Origin: an uncultured Bacteroidales bacterium
Lineage (GTDB): Bacteria > Bacteroidota > Bacteroidia > Bacteroidales > FEN-979
Assembly (NCBI GenBank): GCA_903824935.1
Contig: CAIJYT010000092.1
Coordinates: 13,119-77,118, forward strand
Direction: 5' to 3'
Length of the DNA stretch: 64,000 nucleotides
Shown: piece after piece, positions 9,187 to 19,410 of the stretch
Layout: every line of letters begins with the position of its first letter
How positions within the stretch are numbered: the stretch's first letter is position 1
Made by a program: the position numbers and the translations under genes
Notes under the pieces: model-generated
The model's input: only the letters and a program-made list of their open reading frames with translations
What the model was told of the DNA's origin: nothing
The model's database searches: none

Positions 9187-9810
9187 TCACAGTTTCTCAT
9201 TCAGCACCTCAAACCTGTATCCCTGTTCGATTGCATATTCAATGAACCGCGGCAGGGCAAACAACATCTTTTCCCGGGCTTTGATGGAATCGTGGAATAC
9301 GATGACGCAGCCGGGTTCAAGGCCGGAGGTGGCATTTTGAAGGCATTGTCCGGGGCTGACTGCATGGTGGTAATCCATGGTAAGCACCGACCAGAGTACA
9401 AAACGGAAATCATTCCTCAGGACGATATACTGTGCCGGGCTGAACCTTCCGTGGGGTGGCCTGAACAGTCTGCTTTCGAACTGCTCCCTGCATTTCATCA
9501 CATTATTGTAATAGGCCCCGGGCGAAACCTTCCAGCCGTTCAGGTGGTTGTACGAATGGTTACCCGCAGCGTGCCCATCCGCAGTAATTAAATCAAAGAT
9601 ATCCCTGTGTTTATGCACATTTTCACCCACGCAGAAGAAGGTGGCCTTCACCCCATGATCCTTCAGGATCTTTAAAACCGCAGGAGTGGCTTCAGGCACA
9701 GGCCCGTCGTCGAAAGTGAGATATGCTACCTTATCCTGAACCGGAACCCTGCAGAGAAGGTATTTCGGGCTGAGAGCCCTGTAAAACCATGGCGGATGAA
9801 CGGCGTACAT
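9187..9810 (-). CDS. Polysaccharide deacetylase (NodB/CE4)
   Basis: LTFDDGP, ATFF, NHSYNH, FRPPHG and VFHD motifs. Confidence 0.92.
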   Translation of the reverse strand: MYAVHPPWFYRALSPKYLLCRVPVQDKVAYLTFDDGPVPEATPAVLKILKDHGVKATFFCVGENVHKHRDIFDLITADGHAAGNHSYNHLNGWKVSPGAYYNNVMKCREQFESRLFRPPHGRFSPAQYIVLRNDFRFVLWSVLTMDYHHAVSPGQCLQNATSGLEPGCVIVFHDSIKAREKMLFALPRFIEYAIEQGYRFEVLNEKL

Positions 9811-9811
9811 C

Positions 9812-12800
9812 TTACTCGGGTTTGTAAACCTTATTTACATAAAGTTCGTAGTATTTGTTCATGCCCTGCTCAGCGGCAGCGGCAAGCTTTACCTGGCCTG
9901 CGTCCTTTGCGCTCACTGCTATCTTCTGAAGCGTATACAGGGCTTCACGCATGGGCATGTCCATATCTTTCAGGTCTTCATCGGGGAAAGAGAAATAATA
10001 TGCCAGCTTCTCAACCGATGAATTGACCAGCTTTTCAGCAATCCCTTTGGCTTTCTCAGTATCGCCCAATTTGAACAAGCCTTCGGCAAGCCCTACCACG
10101 AAATAATCGTAAGGAATAGTATTATCCGGCATATCGGTCAAACAACGGTCTATCACCTTACGTGCCGAATCTTTCTTCCCTTCGGCTATCAAAGCCTGCG
10201 CAAGCCTTGCATAAACCGAACGTATGTTCATCACCATGCGGGTATTGTTCTCATCGAGGTACACCCCGGGATTATTCATCCCCCCGTTCCTGAACTTATT
10301 CATGATATTATCGTACATCACATCGGTGTTCACATCACCTATGTCCTGCCCTGCTGCAGGAGCCTGCACAGGCAGAAGGCGGTACGCCAGCCCTTCAAGG
10401 TGAAGGTAATGGTCAAGCCCCAGATAAGTCTCGGGTCCCGTGGTAGCCACAAAGTAAACCGGCCGTTTCCACTCGTTCGTGGCAAGCAGGTCGAGCACCA
10501 TAAGGCTTGATTTCTCAAGGGCTTCCCTCTGGACCATCCAGATCAGGTTATCGATTTTACCGGCAAATTTCTTAGGAACAGCGCCGCTTCTCAACAGCTC
10601 AAGAGTATCGGAAGGCAGGACGAATTTTTTTGTCGGGAAGAAATCTATACTCACATTGCCATCACCAGGGCTCATTTTCAGCTGTTTGTCATCGGTATTT
10701 ATAATCTGAAACAGCTGGCGGATGTCAATGTACTTATCCTTAAACGATGGGTCTTCCACAAGGTAAGTCACATCATGGCTCCCCTGGTGATACTTATCCC
10801 AGGTCATAGAAAAAGGTACAGGATCCGAATCATAAGCCTTCCGCTTAAGCCCATCGATATACCAGTCGGAATTCAGCAGACTTAGGTTTACCACGCGAAT
10901 ATCGGTACGGATTCCTTCAACCTCCTGTGCATACCAGAGCGGGAAGGTGTCGTTGTCACCGTTGGTGAACAGGATGGCGTTGGGGGCACAGGAATTCAGG
11001 TAGTTTTCGGCCAGGGCCAGGGCGGTATACCTTCCCGAACGGTCATGGTCGTTCCATCCCTGCTGGGCCATCACTCCCACCGTGATTAGCCCAAGCACAA
11101 ACGAGATGACCAGGGCCAGGTTTGCTTTCAGCCACTTGCCCAGTTTCTCGGCCAGGAATATCACCCCAAGCCCTATCCAGAAAGCAAAGGCATAAAATGA
11201 TCCGGCATAGGCATAATCCCTCTCCCGGGGTTGCGGCGAATACTGGTTAAGGTACATTAAAATGGCAAGTCCGGTCATCAGGAACAACAGTCCGATAATT
11301 ACAGCCACCTTGTAATCCTTCCTGAACGTGAAATACATGCCCAGGAATCCGAAGATCAGGGGCAGGAAATAAAAGCTGTTATTCCCTTTATTCCTGCGGC
11401 TCTCAGGGATATCCTGGGTTCCCAGCCTCCACTGGTCAAGAAACCTGATGCCGCTTTTCCAGTTACCGTCTATCTTGTTTCCATCGCCCTGCCAGTCGTT
11501 TTGTTTCCCTGCAAAATTCCACATGAAATAACGGTAATACATATGGATGACCTGGTAATTCCACATAAATGTGAGGTTCTCTCCAAAGGTAGGTTTCATG
11601 CGTGTCTCGGTCTTGTCCCCGTTCCTGACCTGGACAGGAACACCTTTGACATGCCCGAATTTAACATAATCACTGGCGTGACGTGCTTCGCGGTTCGACC
11701 ACATCCTCGGAAAGATCGTAGTAAACTGCGGGTCATAAATTGGTTCTACATTTTCTCTTTTATCGGTGACTTCGTACTTCCCGGTCTTGGTGCTCTTGGT
11801 ATAAACCGGGTTGCCATTTTCATGGCCGATCACCGGGGCGTTGTAGTACGGCCCGCTGAGCAGCGGCCAGTCCCCATACTGCTCGCGATTGAGATAAGAA
11901 AGCAGGTACATGGCATTTTCGGGGTTGTTCTCGTCAATCGGCGTGTCGGCATTACTGCGGATAATGAGCATAAAAAAAGAGGAATAACCGATAAGCATGA
12001 ACGAAAAAGCAAGAATGACAGTATTTAAAGCGGGTTTCAGTTTGCCTGACGAATAACGCAGTCCGAATACAATAGCAGAGATCAGAATGATGAAGAATAT
12101 AATAGTACCGATGTTGAACGGCAGGCCTAATAAATTAACCGAAAAACGTTCAAAAAGGGCGGCAAGTTTAAGCACGCCGGGGATGATTACCGACATTACG
12201 GTTCCAAGGATCAGGATTGAAACAACGATGGCAATAAGTATCCCTTTCCAGCTTGGATTTTTATATTTTTTAAAATACCAGATCATCGTCATGGCGGGTA
12301 TGGTAAGCAGGTTGAGCAGGTGAACGCCGATGGACAAACCTACCAGGTAAGCGATAAGTATAAGCCAGCGGTAATTATGCTTTTCATCGGCATGCTCCTC
12401 CCATTTGAGCATGGCCCAGAACACAATGGCCGTGAAAAACGATGACATGGCATAGACTTCTCCCTCCACTGCCGAAAACCAGAATGAATCGGTGAAAGTA
12501 TAAGCCAGGGAGCCTATAAGTGCGGCGGCAAATATCAGCTTCATTTTGTAACGGCTCATTTCCTCATTGCGCAGTATCATTTTCCTGGCAAGCATAGTAA
12601 TGCTCCAGAAAAGGAAGAGTATTGTAAACCCGCTAGAAAGGGCGCTCATGGTGTTCACCATGCGTGCGACCATGGTCTTGTCGCCGAGAGCGAAGAGTGA
12701 AAAGAACCTGCCTATCATCTGGAACAGCGGAGCCCCAGGTGCATGGCCGACTTCGAGCTTGTAACTGGTAGTGATGTATTCCCCGCAATCCCAATAACTC

Positions 12801-12892
12801 ATGGTGGGTTCCGAGGTGATGATATAGACTGAGGATGCAATGATAAAAACCATCCAGCCAAGAATGTTGTTGAGTCGTTTGTACTGCTGCAT
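9812..12892 (-). CDS. DUF2723 / TMEM260-like GT-C membrane glycosyltransferase
   Basis: SYWDCGEY, HAPGAPLF, FWFSAVEGEVY, PRERDY and GDNDTFPLWY motifs; start at MQQYKRLNN. Confidence 0.88.
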   Translation of the reverse strand: MQQYKRLNNILGWMVFIIASSVYIITSEPTMSYWDCGEYITTSYKLEVGHAPGAPLFQMIGRFFSLFALGDKTMVARMVNTMSALSSGFTILFLFWSITMLARKMILRNEEMSRYKMKLIFAAALIGSLAYTFTDSFWFSAVEGEVYAMSSFFTAIVFWAMLKWEEHADEKHNYRWLILIAYLVGLSIGVHLLNLLTIPAMTMIWYFKKYKNPSWKGILIAIVVSILILGTVMSVIIPGVLKLAALFERFSVNLLGLPFNIGTIIFFIILISAIVFGLRYSSGKLKPALNTVILAFSFMLIGYSSFFMLIIRSNADTPIDENNPENAMYLLSYLNREQYGDWPLLSGPYYNAPVIGHENGNPVYTKSTKTGKYEVTDKRENVEPIYDPQFTTIFPRMWSNREARHASDYVKFGHVKGVPVQVRNGDKTETRMKPTFGENLTFMWNYQVIHMYYRYFMWNFAGKQNDWQGDGNKIDGNWKSGIRFLDQWRLGTQDIPESRRNKGNNSFYFLPLIFGFLGMYFTFRKDYKVAVIIGLLFLMTGLAILMYLNQYSPQPRERDYAYAGSFYAFAFWIGLGVIFLAEKLGKWLKANLALVISFVLGLITVGVMAQQGWNDHDRSGRYTALALAENYLNSCAPNAILFTNGDNDTFPLWYAQEVEGIRTDIRVVNLSLLNSDWYIDGLKRKAYDSDPVPFSMTWDKYHQGSHDVTYLVEDPSFKDKYIDIRQLFQIINTDDKQLKMSPGDGNVSIDFFPTKKFVLPSDTLELLRSGAVPKKFAGKIDNLIWMVQREALEKSSLMVLDLLATNEWKRPVYFVATTGPETYLGLDHYLHLEGLAYRLLPVQAPAAGQDIGDVNTDVMYDNIMNKFRNGGMNNPGVYLDENNTRMVMNIRSVYARLAQALIAEGKKDSARKVIDRCLTDMPDNTIPYDYFVVGLAEGLFKLGDTEKAKGIAEKLVNSSVEKLAYYFSFPDEDLKDMDMPMREALYTLQKIAVSAKDAGQVKLAAAAEQGMNKYYELYVNKVYKPE

Positions 12893-12912
12893 GATGAGTG
12901 TATTGGAATGCT

Positions 12913-12949
12913 CAAAGGTATGTAAAATAAGGATTATTTCGTACTTTTG
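12913..12949. promoter_or_regulatory. Divergent pair of -7 elements (DUF2723 gene / gpmA)
   Basis: TACCTTTG on the minus strand at 12913-12920 and TACTTTTG on the plus strand at 12942-12949. Confidence 0.6.
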
Positions 12950-12976
12950 CCACTTAACAGCAATACTAAACACACT

Positions 12977-13723
12977 ATGAACAAGCTCGTTTTAATCCGT
13001 CATGGCGAAAGCACATGGAACAAGGAAAACCGGTTTACCGGCTGGACAGATGTTGAACTTTCGGAACGCGGCATAAGAGAAGCCACGGAAGCAGGTCTAA
13101 CACTTAAAAAAGAAGGTTTCAATTTCAAGATGGCTTACACCTCTTACCTGACACGTGCAATCCGCACGCTATGGCTCATCCAGGAGCAGATGGATCTTTT
13201 ATGGATACCCGTTTACAAGACCTGGAGGCTTAACGAAAAACATTACGGGATACTTCAGGGTCTTAACAAGGCTGAGATGGTTGAGAAATACGGAGACAAG
13301 CAGGTGCTTATCTGGAGAAGGAGTTACGACGTTGCCCCTCCTCCCCTGCCCCTTGACGACCCCCGCCACCCTATACATGACCCCCGTTACCGTGACCTTG
13401 ACCCAAAGGATGTTCCTGCCACCGAAGCTTTGAAAGACACGGTGAACAGGATTGTTCCTTTCTGGAAGGACGAAATGGAGCCGAATCTCATTGTTCACAA
13501 GGAGATACTCGTAGCAGCCCACGGCAACAGCCTCCGCGGCATTGTGAAGTACCTGAAAAATATTTCGGATGAGGATATCATCGGATTGAACCTGCCTACA
13601 GGGATCCCATATGTTTTCGAGTTTGACGACAATATGAACCTGCAAAAGGACTACTTCCTCGGTGATCCGGAAGTCATTAAAAAACTGATGGAAGAAGTCG
13701 CCAACCAGGGAAAGAAAAAATAA
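12977..13723 (+). CDS. gpmA: 2,3-BPG-dependent phosphoglycerate mutase
   Basis: [23 protein letters not shown] and AHGNSLR motifs. Confidence 0.97.
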   Translation: MNKLVLIRHGESTWNKENRFTGWTDVELSERGIREATEAGLTLKKEGFNFKMAYTSYLTRAIRTLWLIQEQMDLLWIPVYKTWRLNEKHYGILQGLNKAEMVEKYGDKQVLIWRRSYDVAPPPLPLDDPRHPIHDPRYRDLDPKDVPATEALKDTVNRIVPFWKDEMEPNLIVHKEILVAAHGNSLRGIVKYLKNISDEDIIGLNLPTGIPYVFEFDDNMNLQKDYFLGDPEVIKKLMEEVANQGKKK

Positions 13724-13758
13724 TACGCAGCCTGATTTCAGGCAAGAAACAGAATTCA

Positions 13759-14475
13759 ATGGCTAAACGCTGGGTGATCCCCGATATTCACGGTTGTTCA
13801 AAGACCCTTAAAAGCCTGGTCACGAACCTGATCAAAGCTAACAGGAATGATGAACTGTATTTTCTCGGGGACTATGTTGACCGCGGCCCCGATTCAAAAG
13901 GAGTTATCGATTTCATCAGGGGCCTCGAAAAAGACCAGTACAATGTGACTTGCCTCAAAGGGAACCATGAAGATTTCATGGTTGAACTCTGGGATGCCGA
14001 GAGCAAGGCAAAAAACACCTGGTGGCACAGGCTGGGCGACCGCAAGCACAAGGTATGGAACGAGATAGGGGGCAAGGCCACACTTGAAAGTTTCGGAGCC
14101 GAAAACATCCGCCAAGTGCCAGTGGAGTATATCGAATGGATGCGCAACCTCAAGTATTATGTGACTCTCGATAAATTCGTGCTGGTACATGCAGGGCTCA
14201 ACTTTAAAAATGAAGACCCCTTCGAGGACCAGAGGGCCATGCTCTGGCTGCGCGATTACGATATCAAGCCCGACAAGATCGGCAACCGCAAGATCATCCA
14301 CGGGCATGTGCCTGTGAATATGGAACTCATCATGCTGGCTGCAAAGAGCAGGATCTATAAATTCATCGACCTCGACAACGGCCCCTATATCTCAGGTAAA
14401 GACGGCTTCGGGAACCTGGTTGCACTCGAGCTTGACAGCATGGAGATGGTTATTCAGAATAATCTCGATCTTTAA
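13759..14475 (+). CDS. Calcineurin-like metallophosphoesterase (PPP/PrpA-like Ser/Thr phosphatase)
   Basis: DIHG, GDYVDRG, GNHE, HAG and HGH motifs. Confidence 0.9.
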   Translation: MAKRWVIPDIHGCSKTLKSLVTNLIKANRNDELYFLGDYVDRGPDSKGVIDFIRGLEKDQYNVTCLKGNHEDFMVELWDAESKAKNTWWHRLGDRKHKVWNEIGGKATLESFGAENIRQVPVEYIEWMRNLKYYVTLDKFVLVHAGLNFKNEDPFEDQRAMLWLRDYDIKPDKIGNRKIIHGHVPVNMELIMLAAKSRIYKFIDLDNGPYISGKDGFGNLVALELDSMEMVIQNNLDL

Positions 14476-14477
14476 AA

Positions 14478-14644
14478 GTAGTGAAATAGCGAAGTAGCGA
14501 GGTAGCGAAATTGTCAGGAGCGAAGCATTCTACAAAAGCCGCATCAGGTGCGAGGAGCTTGTAAAATGCCAGATGAGCCTATCATTATATCGCTCCGTTG
14601 CCACCGTAGCGGCGTTGTAGAAATGCAATCGATTTCGCTACTTC
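14478..14644. repeat. TAGCGARR octamer inverted element enclosing structured-element copy 2
   Basis: Left arm tagtgaaa tagcgaag tagcgagg tagcgaaa (14479-14510); right arm tttcgctacttc (14633-14644) supplies the TAG stop of the 14638 gene. Confidence 0.85.
14507..14633. repeat. Dispersed ~127-nt structured element, copy 2
   Basis: Homologous to the reverse complement of 7438-7563; shared blocks agcgaagcat, atcaggtgcgaggagc, atcgctccg, caccgtagcggcg. Confidence 0.75.
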
Positions 14645-15939
14645 CCTATTCCACCTATCGCAGCTTTCAGGCTCTCCTCAACAGGTAAATAGTTAAAGTG
14701 GGCCCAGAATTCTTCGTCGGCGGGGCCGGCAAGCTGGTCCCAGCGCTGAGCTGCACCCGTTGCTTTATCTCCTTTGAAACTCCCGACCTTTTCCGGCGCC
14801 CGGCTTACATCTGTCACAACCAGGTCATTTTTATATCCTATCATTATTTTTTTACCTGCGGATGGCTGGGTGAAGGTGATCCATTGTTCGTCGTGTATGG
14901 TGTTAAGATACCAGCAGCCATTTCGTTTTGAATAGATCATAGTCTTGTCAAACAATGGTAGTTCGGCTATCCATCCCGGAATCTTATTTATGGTGTAGGT
15001 CCTTTTACCCTTGTCTTTTTCAAACGCATCAAAACCCTTAAAACTCGGCTTCAGCCTGATCTTCATAAGAGCATACGAACTTCCATCAATGAACATCTCG
15101 CCTTTGAACCCCTTGATTTTATTATTCGCCTGGTCGAACCAGATATGGTAAATCTTTCCGCCTTCAGGGTTTGAAAGTTCTTGCATTTTATACGAATAAA
15201 ACCTGAAATATTTTTCGTCAAACAATGCGCCAGAATTGTTCTCCACCAGGTCTTCTGCAAAGATGCAGCCCAGGCAGCCTGCCATTTTGCCCACCTCTCC
15301 CATGGCATTGACAAGGTTGGTATCCGACACCACCCTGCCCTTTACCAGCTGCGTCTTATTTGACTGCCCGGCTGTAAGCTCAACATCCCTAATTGAATGC
15401 TGGTGGGAATAACCCGTCTTAAGATCCACAATGATAGCCTCAGAATATTCTGCAAGCTTTTTGCCGGTGTACTTCTGTGAACGGTAGAATGCCGTCAGCA
15501 ATAAGGAATCCTTACCATAATTCAGGGGAATGTTGCTGAACATCCTTCTCATCACCTCTTCGGGGGTCAGAGCGACAACCTCAACTTCCTTAAGGCTGAC
15601 TTCTTTCGGCTTCAGGCTGATCTCAGTAATCTTACCGGCAATCTCGCTAAGAGCCAGCTTTATCGTTTCATACCCCAGGTACGATACGACAAGTGTATCC
15701 TTAAGCCTGCCTTCAGGGATGACAAGGAAAAATTGTCCGTCGTCATTGGTGACTGTGCCTGTCGTGGAATTGTTGATAGCCATCTGCGCAAATGGCAGGG
15801 GGCTTCCATTCACTGCATCTGTAACACGGCCGGAGATAACGTTTGTGATCTGTGCTGCAGCATCAACTCCGCGAAACTGCAGGATGAACAAAAGCCCGGC
15901 AAGAAAAGCATAACGAAACGGTGTTCTGCAGGAAATCAT
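14638..15939 (-). CDS. Exported protein with N-terminal carboxypeptidase-regulatory-like domain
   Basis: Signal peptide; ISGRVTD...PLPFA...GTVTNDDGQF...SYLGY...LKEVEV pattern. Confidence 0.8.
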   Translation of the reverse strand: MISCRTPFRYAFLAGLLFILQFRGVDAAAQITNVISGRVTDAVNGSPLPFAQMAINNSTTGTVTNDDGQFFLVIPEGRLKDTLVVSYLGYETIKLALSEIAGKITEISLKPKEVSLKEVEVVALTPEEVMRRMFSNIPLNYGKDSLLLTAFYRSQKYTGKKLAEYSEAIIVDLKTGYSHQHSIRDVELTAGQSNKTQLVKGRVVSDTNLVNAMGEVGKMAGCLGCIFAEDLVENNSGALFDEKYFRFYSYKMQELSNPEGGKIYHIWFDQANNKIKGFKGEMFIDGSSYALMKIRLKPSFKGFDAFEKDKGKRTYTINKIPGWIAELPLFDKTMIYSKRNGCWYLNTIHDEQWITFTQPSAGKKIMIGYKNDLVVTDVSRAPEKVGSFKGDKATGAAQRWDQLAGPADEEFWAHFNYLPVEESLKAAIGGIGK

Positions 15940-16033
15940 TATGTAAATCTAATAAAATCCAATAAGTTACGATCAAGTGTTACTCTGATTATTATCTTTG
16001 TAATAACCCCTTTAAAAACCAGGTAAATTTAAG

Positions 16034-18700
16034 ATGAAGGTTTATCCCATCATAATTATTTTCTTGTTTAGTGGATTTCTTCTTCCCATAGCACATTCAC
16101 AGGGATCCTGGAACCCGCCGGGGGCCGACCTGAGTTATCCGCGCACCCTGCTCGACAGCAATTCAATCGGTCAGATCAGGGGCACCCTTCCGAACCCGCT
16201 CATCATCGACCTTTACCATTCCATATGGAATACCGCGAATGGCTCCATCCCTGCTGAAGATTCCACCGACGGTGCCCGCATTACCAGGGCCATCATGGCC
16301 AGGGAAACGGCATTCGTACTGTTAATGGACAAAAAATGGGAAAACGGGAGCATAACCAATCTGCTGCCGGCCGAGAGGGATACGCTGACTGCCAGGGCCG
16401 GCACGCTTCTCAGGAGCATGAACACCCATGTAGGATACCAAAGCGGATGGGTCTTTTACCAGGAATGGCAGAACCGGTCGAAAGAGCTGATCAATTACCT
16501 TGAGGCTTACGACCTTCTTAAAGGTGCAGGAACATCAGATACCATAGCCAGGGATTCCCTTGTCCATTTTACAGGAAACCTGTATTACCGGGCCATGGCA
16601 ACATATACTGTTTTTTTCATACCGTTCAAATTCTTTGATTACCAGTTCGACAACCACAGCATCATGACAGCTTCTGCACTTGGCCTTGCTGCCGTCGTTC
16701 TCAATGATCATGAAGATGCAAAAATCAATTACCAGCCGCAGAACTGGATCAATGCCGGCTTATGGAACCTCGACAACACGCTTTGGGTTCAGGATGGAAC
16801 CTACCCCAGGGTTTCCGAATCCGACACTCTTGCAGGTTATGCCGAAGGGCCTGCATATTTCAATTACGCTTTTCAGAATGCTTTCCCGTTCGTCCGTTCT
16901 TTATATAATTTCCTGCCGGACGACAGCATAGCGGTGACCTTCAAGGCGCAGCAAAGGATGATACGAAATCCCTGGTACGATCCGCGCTATGATCGCATTT
17001 ATGACTGGATGAATAAACTGCAGCTGCCCGACGGCAGCGAACCTGCCATTCATGACAGCCCTATCGGGTTCCGCACACATATCACGGCACTTTCGGGTAA
17101 ACCTGAATTTAACCTTTACGATCCCTCCACTTCCTACGACGATCCCTATGTCAGAACCCAGTATATTTCGACCAATGTGTTACAGGGAAGCCGTAGCGAC
17201 AGCCTTTTCCAGGTACTGCCTGCAGCAGGCAGCCTGATTTTCAGGTCATCCTGGTCTGCCGACGCTTTATACATGCACTTTATCGGCAAGCATGGCATCG
17301 CGCTGACCGGCGCCAAATCTCACCACCAGGGAGATGCATCAAGTTTTTCCCTTATGGCTTACTCACAGCTTTTTGCGGTCGACCCGGGATATCCCGGCGC
17401 TCCTGAAAGCAATTTCGTAAACAAGGCAACAAACCACAACTGCATACTGGTGAATGGGGGCGGGCCCCAGCCTCCAACAGGGGAGTTCGTCAACGTGGCG
17501 TCCAATACGGCTTATATTGAAGATTGTTTTCATGTTCCCTCTCTCGAATACGGGGAGGTCCGCACCAGCTACTGGGGCGACAGCATTATCCGCTGCAACC
17601 TCTTCATCAGGAACCGTTACTTCATTCTGAACGATTTGTGTTCCGCGCCAGATAAAAGAAAATACACTTTCCAGTTCCATGGGAACGGCCTGTTTGGCAG
17701 CAGCCCCTCATCCGCCGAAGGCGCATTCATTCCCGATTTTAATAATTTCAGGGGAACCTATAAGCGTGATACGGTTTCATTTCTGCTTCAGGTGCAATGC
17801 GACATGGGTCCTGCAGCTTATGCTTATGAAACGGATTCCCTGGCTGCAGGTTATTCCTCTTACAGGCATTACAGTAAGATGTTTGTGCAGTCAGATTCCG
17901 TTCCTGATGCCAGCTTCCAGAGCATCATGTTTCCTTATATTTCAGATTCGGCAGCCTGCCTGCCGGTCACAGGAATTCCGGGTGCAAGCGCATCCGTTCT
18001 GAAATACCATAATTACAGCGATTTCATAATGACCCAATCGGGGAGCAATACTCAGTCTGTTTCAGCCTCACAGAGCGGCCTGCCGGATGCTGTCAGCTGT
18101 AACGGTCAGATCAACTACCTCGGTCTGGATGGATCGGGGCATGTTTCAACGATTCTGCTAAGGGGCGGAGACCACATTAAATTTGGCAAACAGATTATGA
18201 CCACGACAAACCATCCGATGCTAATTGCCTGGAATGAAATCCAGCCCGGAATAATTGAGGGCTACACCGGTGACAGCGGAAGGGTTTCAATCTACAACAC
18301 ATCGGCATTGAGGGCAGTGAAGGGCAGTATCAAAAGCGTCACCTATGACAGCACGGGCAAAATGAACATCATTGAATTCTCGGGTGAAGGAAAATTCAGG
18401 CTCGAGCCATCAAACGGGATTGCACCATCAACGGAGCACGAAGGCATCGCCATCACCGCGTTTCCCAATCCATCGGCCGACGGCCATTTCACGATACGGC
18501 TGTATTCCGGGACATACTCATCCGCAGTCATTAAAATAACAGACGGACAAGGAAAAACGACAGAGAACAGGACGGTGCAATTGAGGCCGGGCGAAAACGA
18601 TGTGGAGGTAAGCCTTGAGGGTATGCCGGCAGGCGCTTACCTTTTGGGTGTGAGCGCAGCAGGAAGCAAATGCAGCCTTGTTTTGATCAAATGCAGGTAA
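16034..18700 (+). CDS. T9SS-secreted heparinase II/III-like polysaccharide lyase
   Basis: Signal peptide; YAEGPAY, FRSSW, HHQGDASSF, VDPG and HNCILVNG motifs; C-terminal AFPNP...GAYLL T9SS type A signal. Confidence 0.7.
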   Translation: MKVYPIIIIFLFSGFLLPIAHSQGSWNPPGADLSYPRTLLDSNSIGQIRGTLPNPLIIDLYHSIWNTANGSIPAEDSTDGARITRAIMARETAFVLLMDKKWENGSITNLLPAERDTLTARAGTLLRSMNTHVGYQSGWVFYQEWQNRSKELINYLEAYDLLKGAGTSDTIARDSLVHFTGNLYYRAMATYTVFFIPFKFFDYQFDNHSIMTASALGLAAVVLNDHEDAKINYQPQNWINAGLWNLDNTLWVQDGTYPRVSESDTLAGYAEGPAYFNYAFQNAFPFVRSLYNFLPDDSIAVTFKAQQRMIRNPWYDPRYDRIYDWMNKLQLPDGSEPAIHDSPIGFRTHITALSGKPEFNLYDPSTSYDDPYVRTQYISTNVLQGSRSDSLFQVLPAAGSLIFRSSWSADALYMHFIGKHGIALTGAKSHHQGDASSFSLMAYSQLFAVDPGYPGAPESNFVNKATNHNCILVNGGGPQPPTGEFVNVASNTAYIEDCFHVPSLEYGEVRTSYWGDSIIRCNLFIRNRYFILNDLCSAPDKRKYTFQFHGNGLFGSSPSSAEGAFIPDFNNFRGTYKRDTVSFLLQVQCDMGPAAYAYETDSLAAGYSSYRHYSKMFVQSDSVPDASFQSIMFPYISDSAACLPVTGIPGASASVLKYHNYSDFIMTQSGSNTQSVSASQSGLPDAVSCNGQINYLGLDGSGHVSTILLRGGDHIKFGKQIMTTTNHPMLIAWNEIQPGIIEGYTGDSGRVSIYNTSALRAVKGSIKSVTYDSTGKMNIIEFSGEGKFRLEPSNGIAPSTEHEGIAITAFPNPSADGHFTIRLYSGTYSSAVIKITDGQGKTTENRTVQLRPGENDVEVSLEGMPAGAYLLGVSAAGSKCSLVLIKCR

Positions 18701-18750
18701 TATTGCTTATTTTTGAATAACCTATTCCATTAATTTTAAAAATCAAAAGA

Positions 18751-19383
18751 ATGAAAGCTTCAAAAAAAATTCCAGCAGTCCTTGCTGCGCTGATGCTCAT
18801 CTCTGCAGCTTTCACCTACGCCCAGGTAAAACCGGGCAAAGCCAAAAACGTAAGAGAATTTATCGCAGGATGTGATTCGGTATGGTATTATGGCATTGAC
18901 GTCTCACATGTAAGGGTTACCGATGGGAAGAAGATCCCCAAATGTTCCTCTTATGCCCCGGTTTATCCCCAGGCCTGGATCAGTTATATCGAACAGGAAC
19001 TGCCGCCATTGACCGTAGTAAAACCCGGCCTGAAAGTTAAAGGCTTTACTTATGTCCCTGTTGATGTTCAGAAGCCAACTGCACGGGTAGTGCCGGATTT
19101 CATCATTGGCATCGATTATTCCTTTCCACTCGACACCATTGCCAGGGCGGTTAAAGGATATCAATTGTCGCAGAAAACCGGCACAGGCCTGGTAATCATA
19201 GCCGAGAATTTCAACAAACCAAGGGAAGCCTCGAGCATCTGGATAGTGTTTTTCGACATACGCAGCAGGGAATTGCTTTGGACTGTTAAGCAATCGGGGC
19301 CGTGCGCTCATATGGGATATACTGCCCATTGGGGTTCAGGAGTGGTTAAGGGGTTCAATTATTTTCTGCAGTCAGTGAATTAA
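18751..19383 (+). CDS. Exported hypothetical protein
   Basis: 210-aa ORF with signal peptide ending TYA; no recognised motif. Confidence 0.7.
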   Translation: MKASKKIPAVLAALMLISAAFTYAQVKPGKAKNVREFIAGCDSVWYYGIDVSHVRVTDGKKIPKCSSYAPVYPQAWISYIEQELPPLTVVKPGLKVKGFTYVPVDVQKPTARVVPDFIIGIDYSFPLDTIARAVKGYQLSQKTGTGLVIIAENFNKPREASSIWIVFFDIRSRELLWTVKQSGPCAHMGYTAHWGSGVVKGFNYFLQSVN

Positions 19384-19410
19384 ACCCCGGCCTTATTAGA
19401 CGGGCTGCGG

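Noticed and set aside
12893..12976. ORF-track N-terminal extensions (12973, 12947; likewise 1507, 4850, 37360, 40863, 42704)
   Set aside because: They run through promoters or neighbouring genes; downstream ATGs match the family N-termini better
14507..14633. Hammerhead ribozyme or tRNA identity for the structured element
   Set aside because: No CUGANGA...GAAA core on either strand (CTGATGCG and CTGATACG only) and no cloverleaf or T-loop; other ribozyme classes are not excluded
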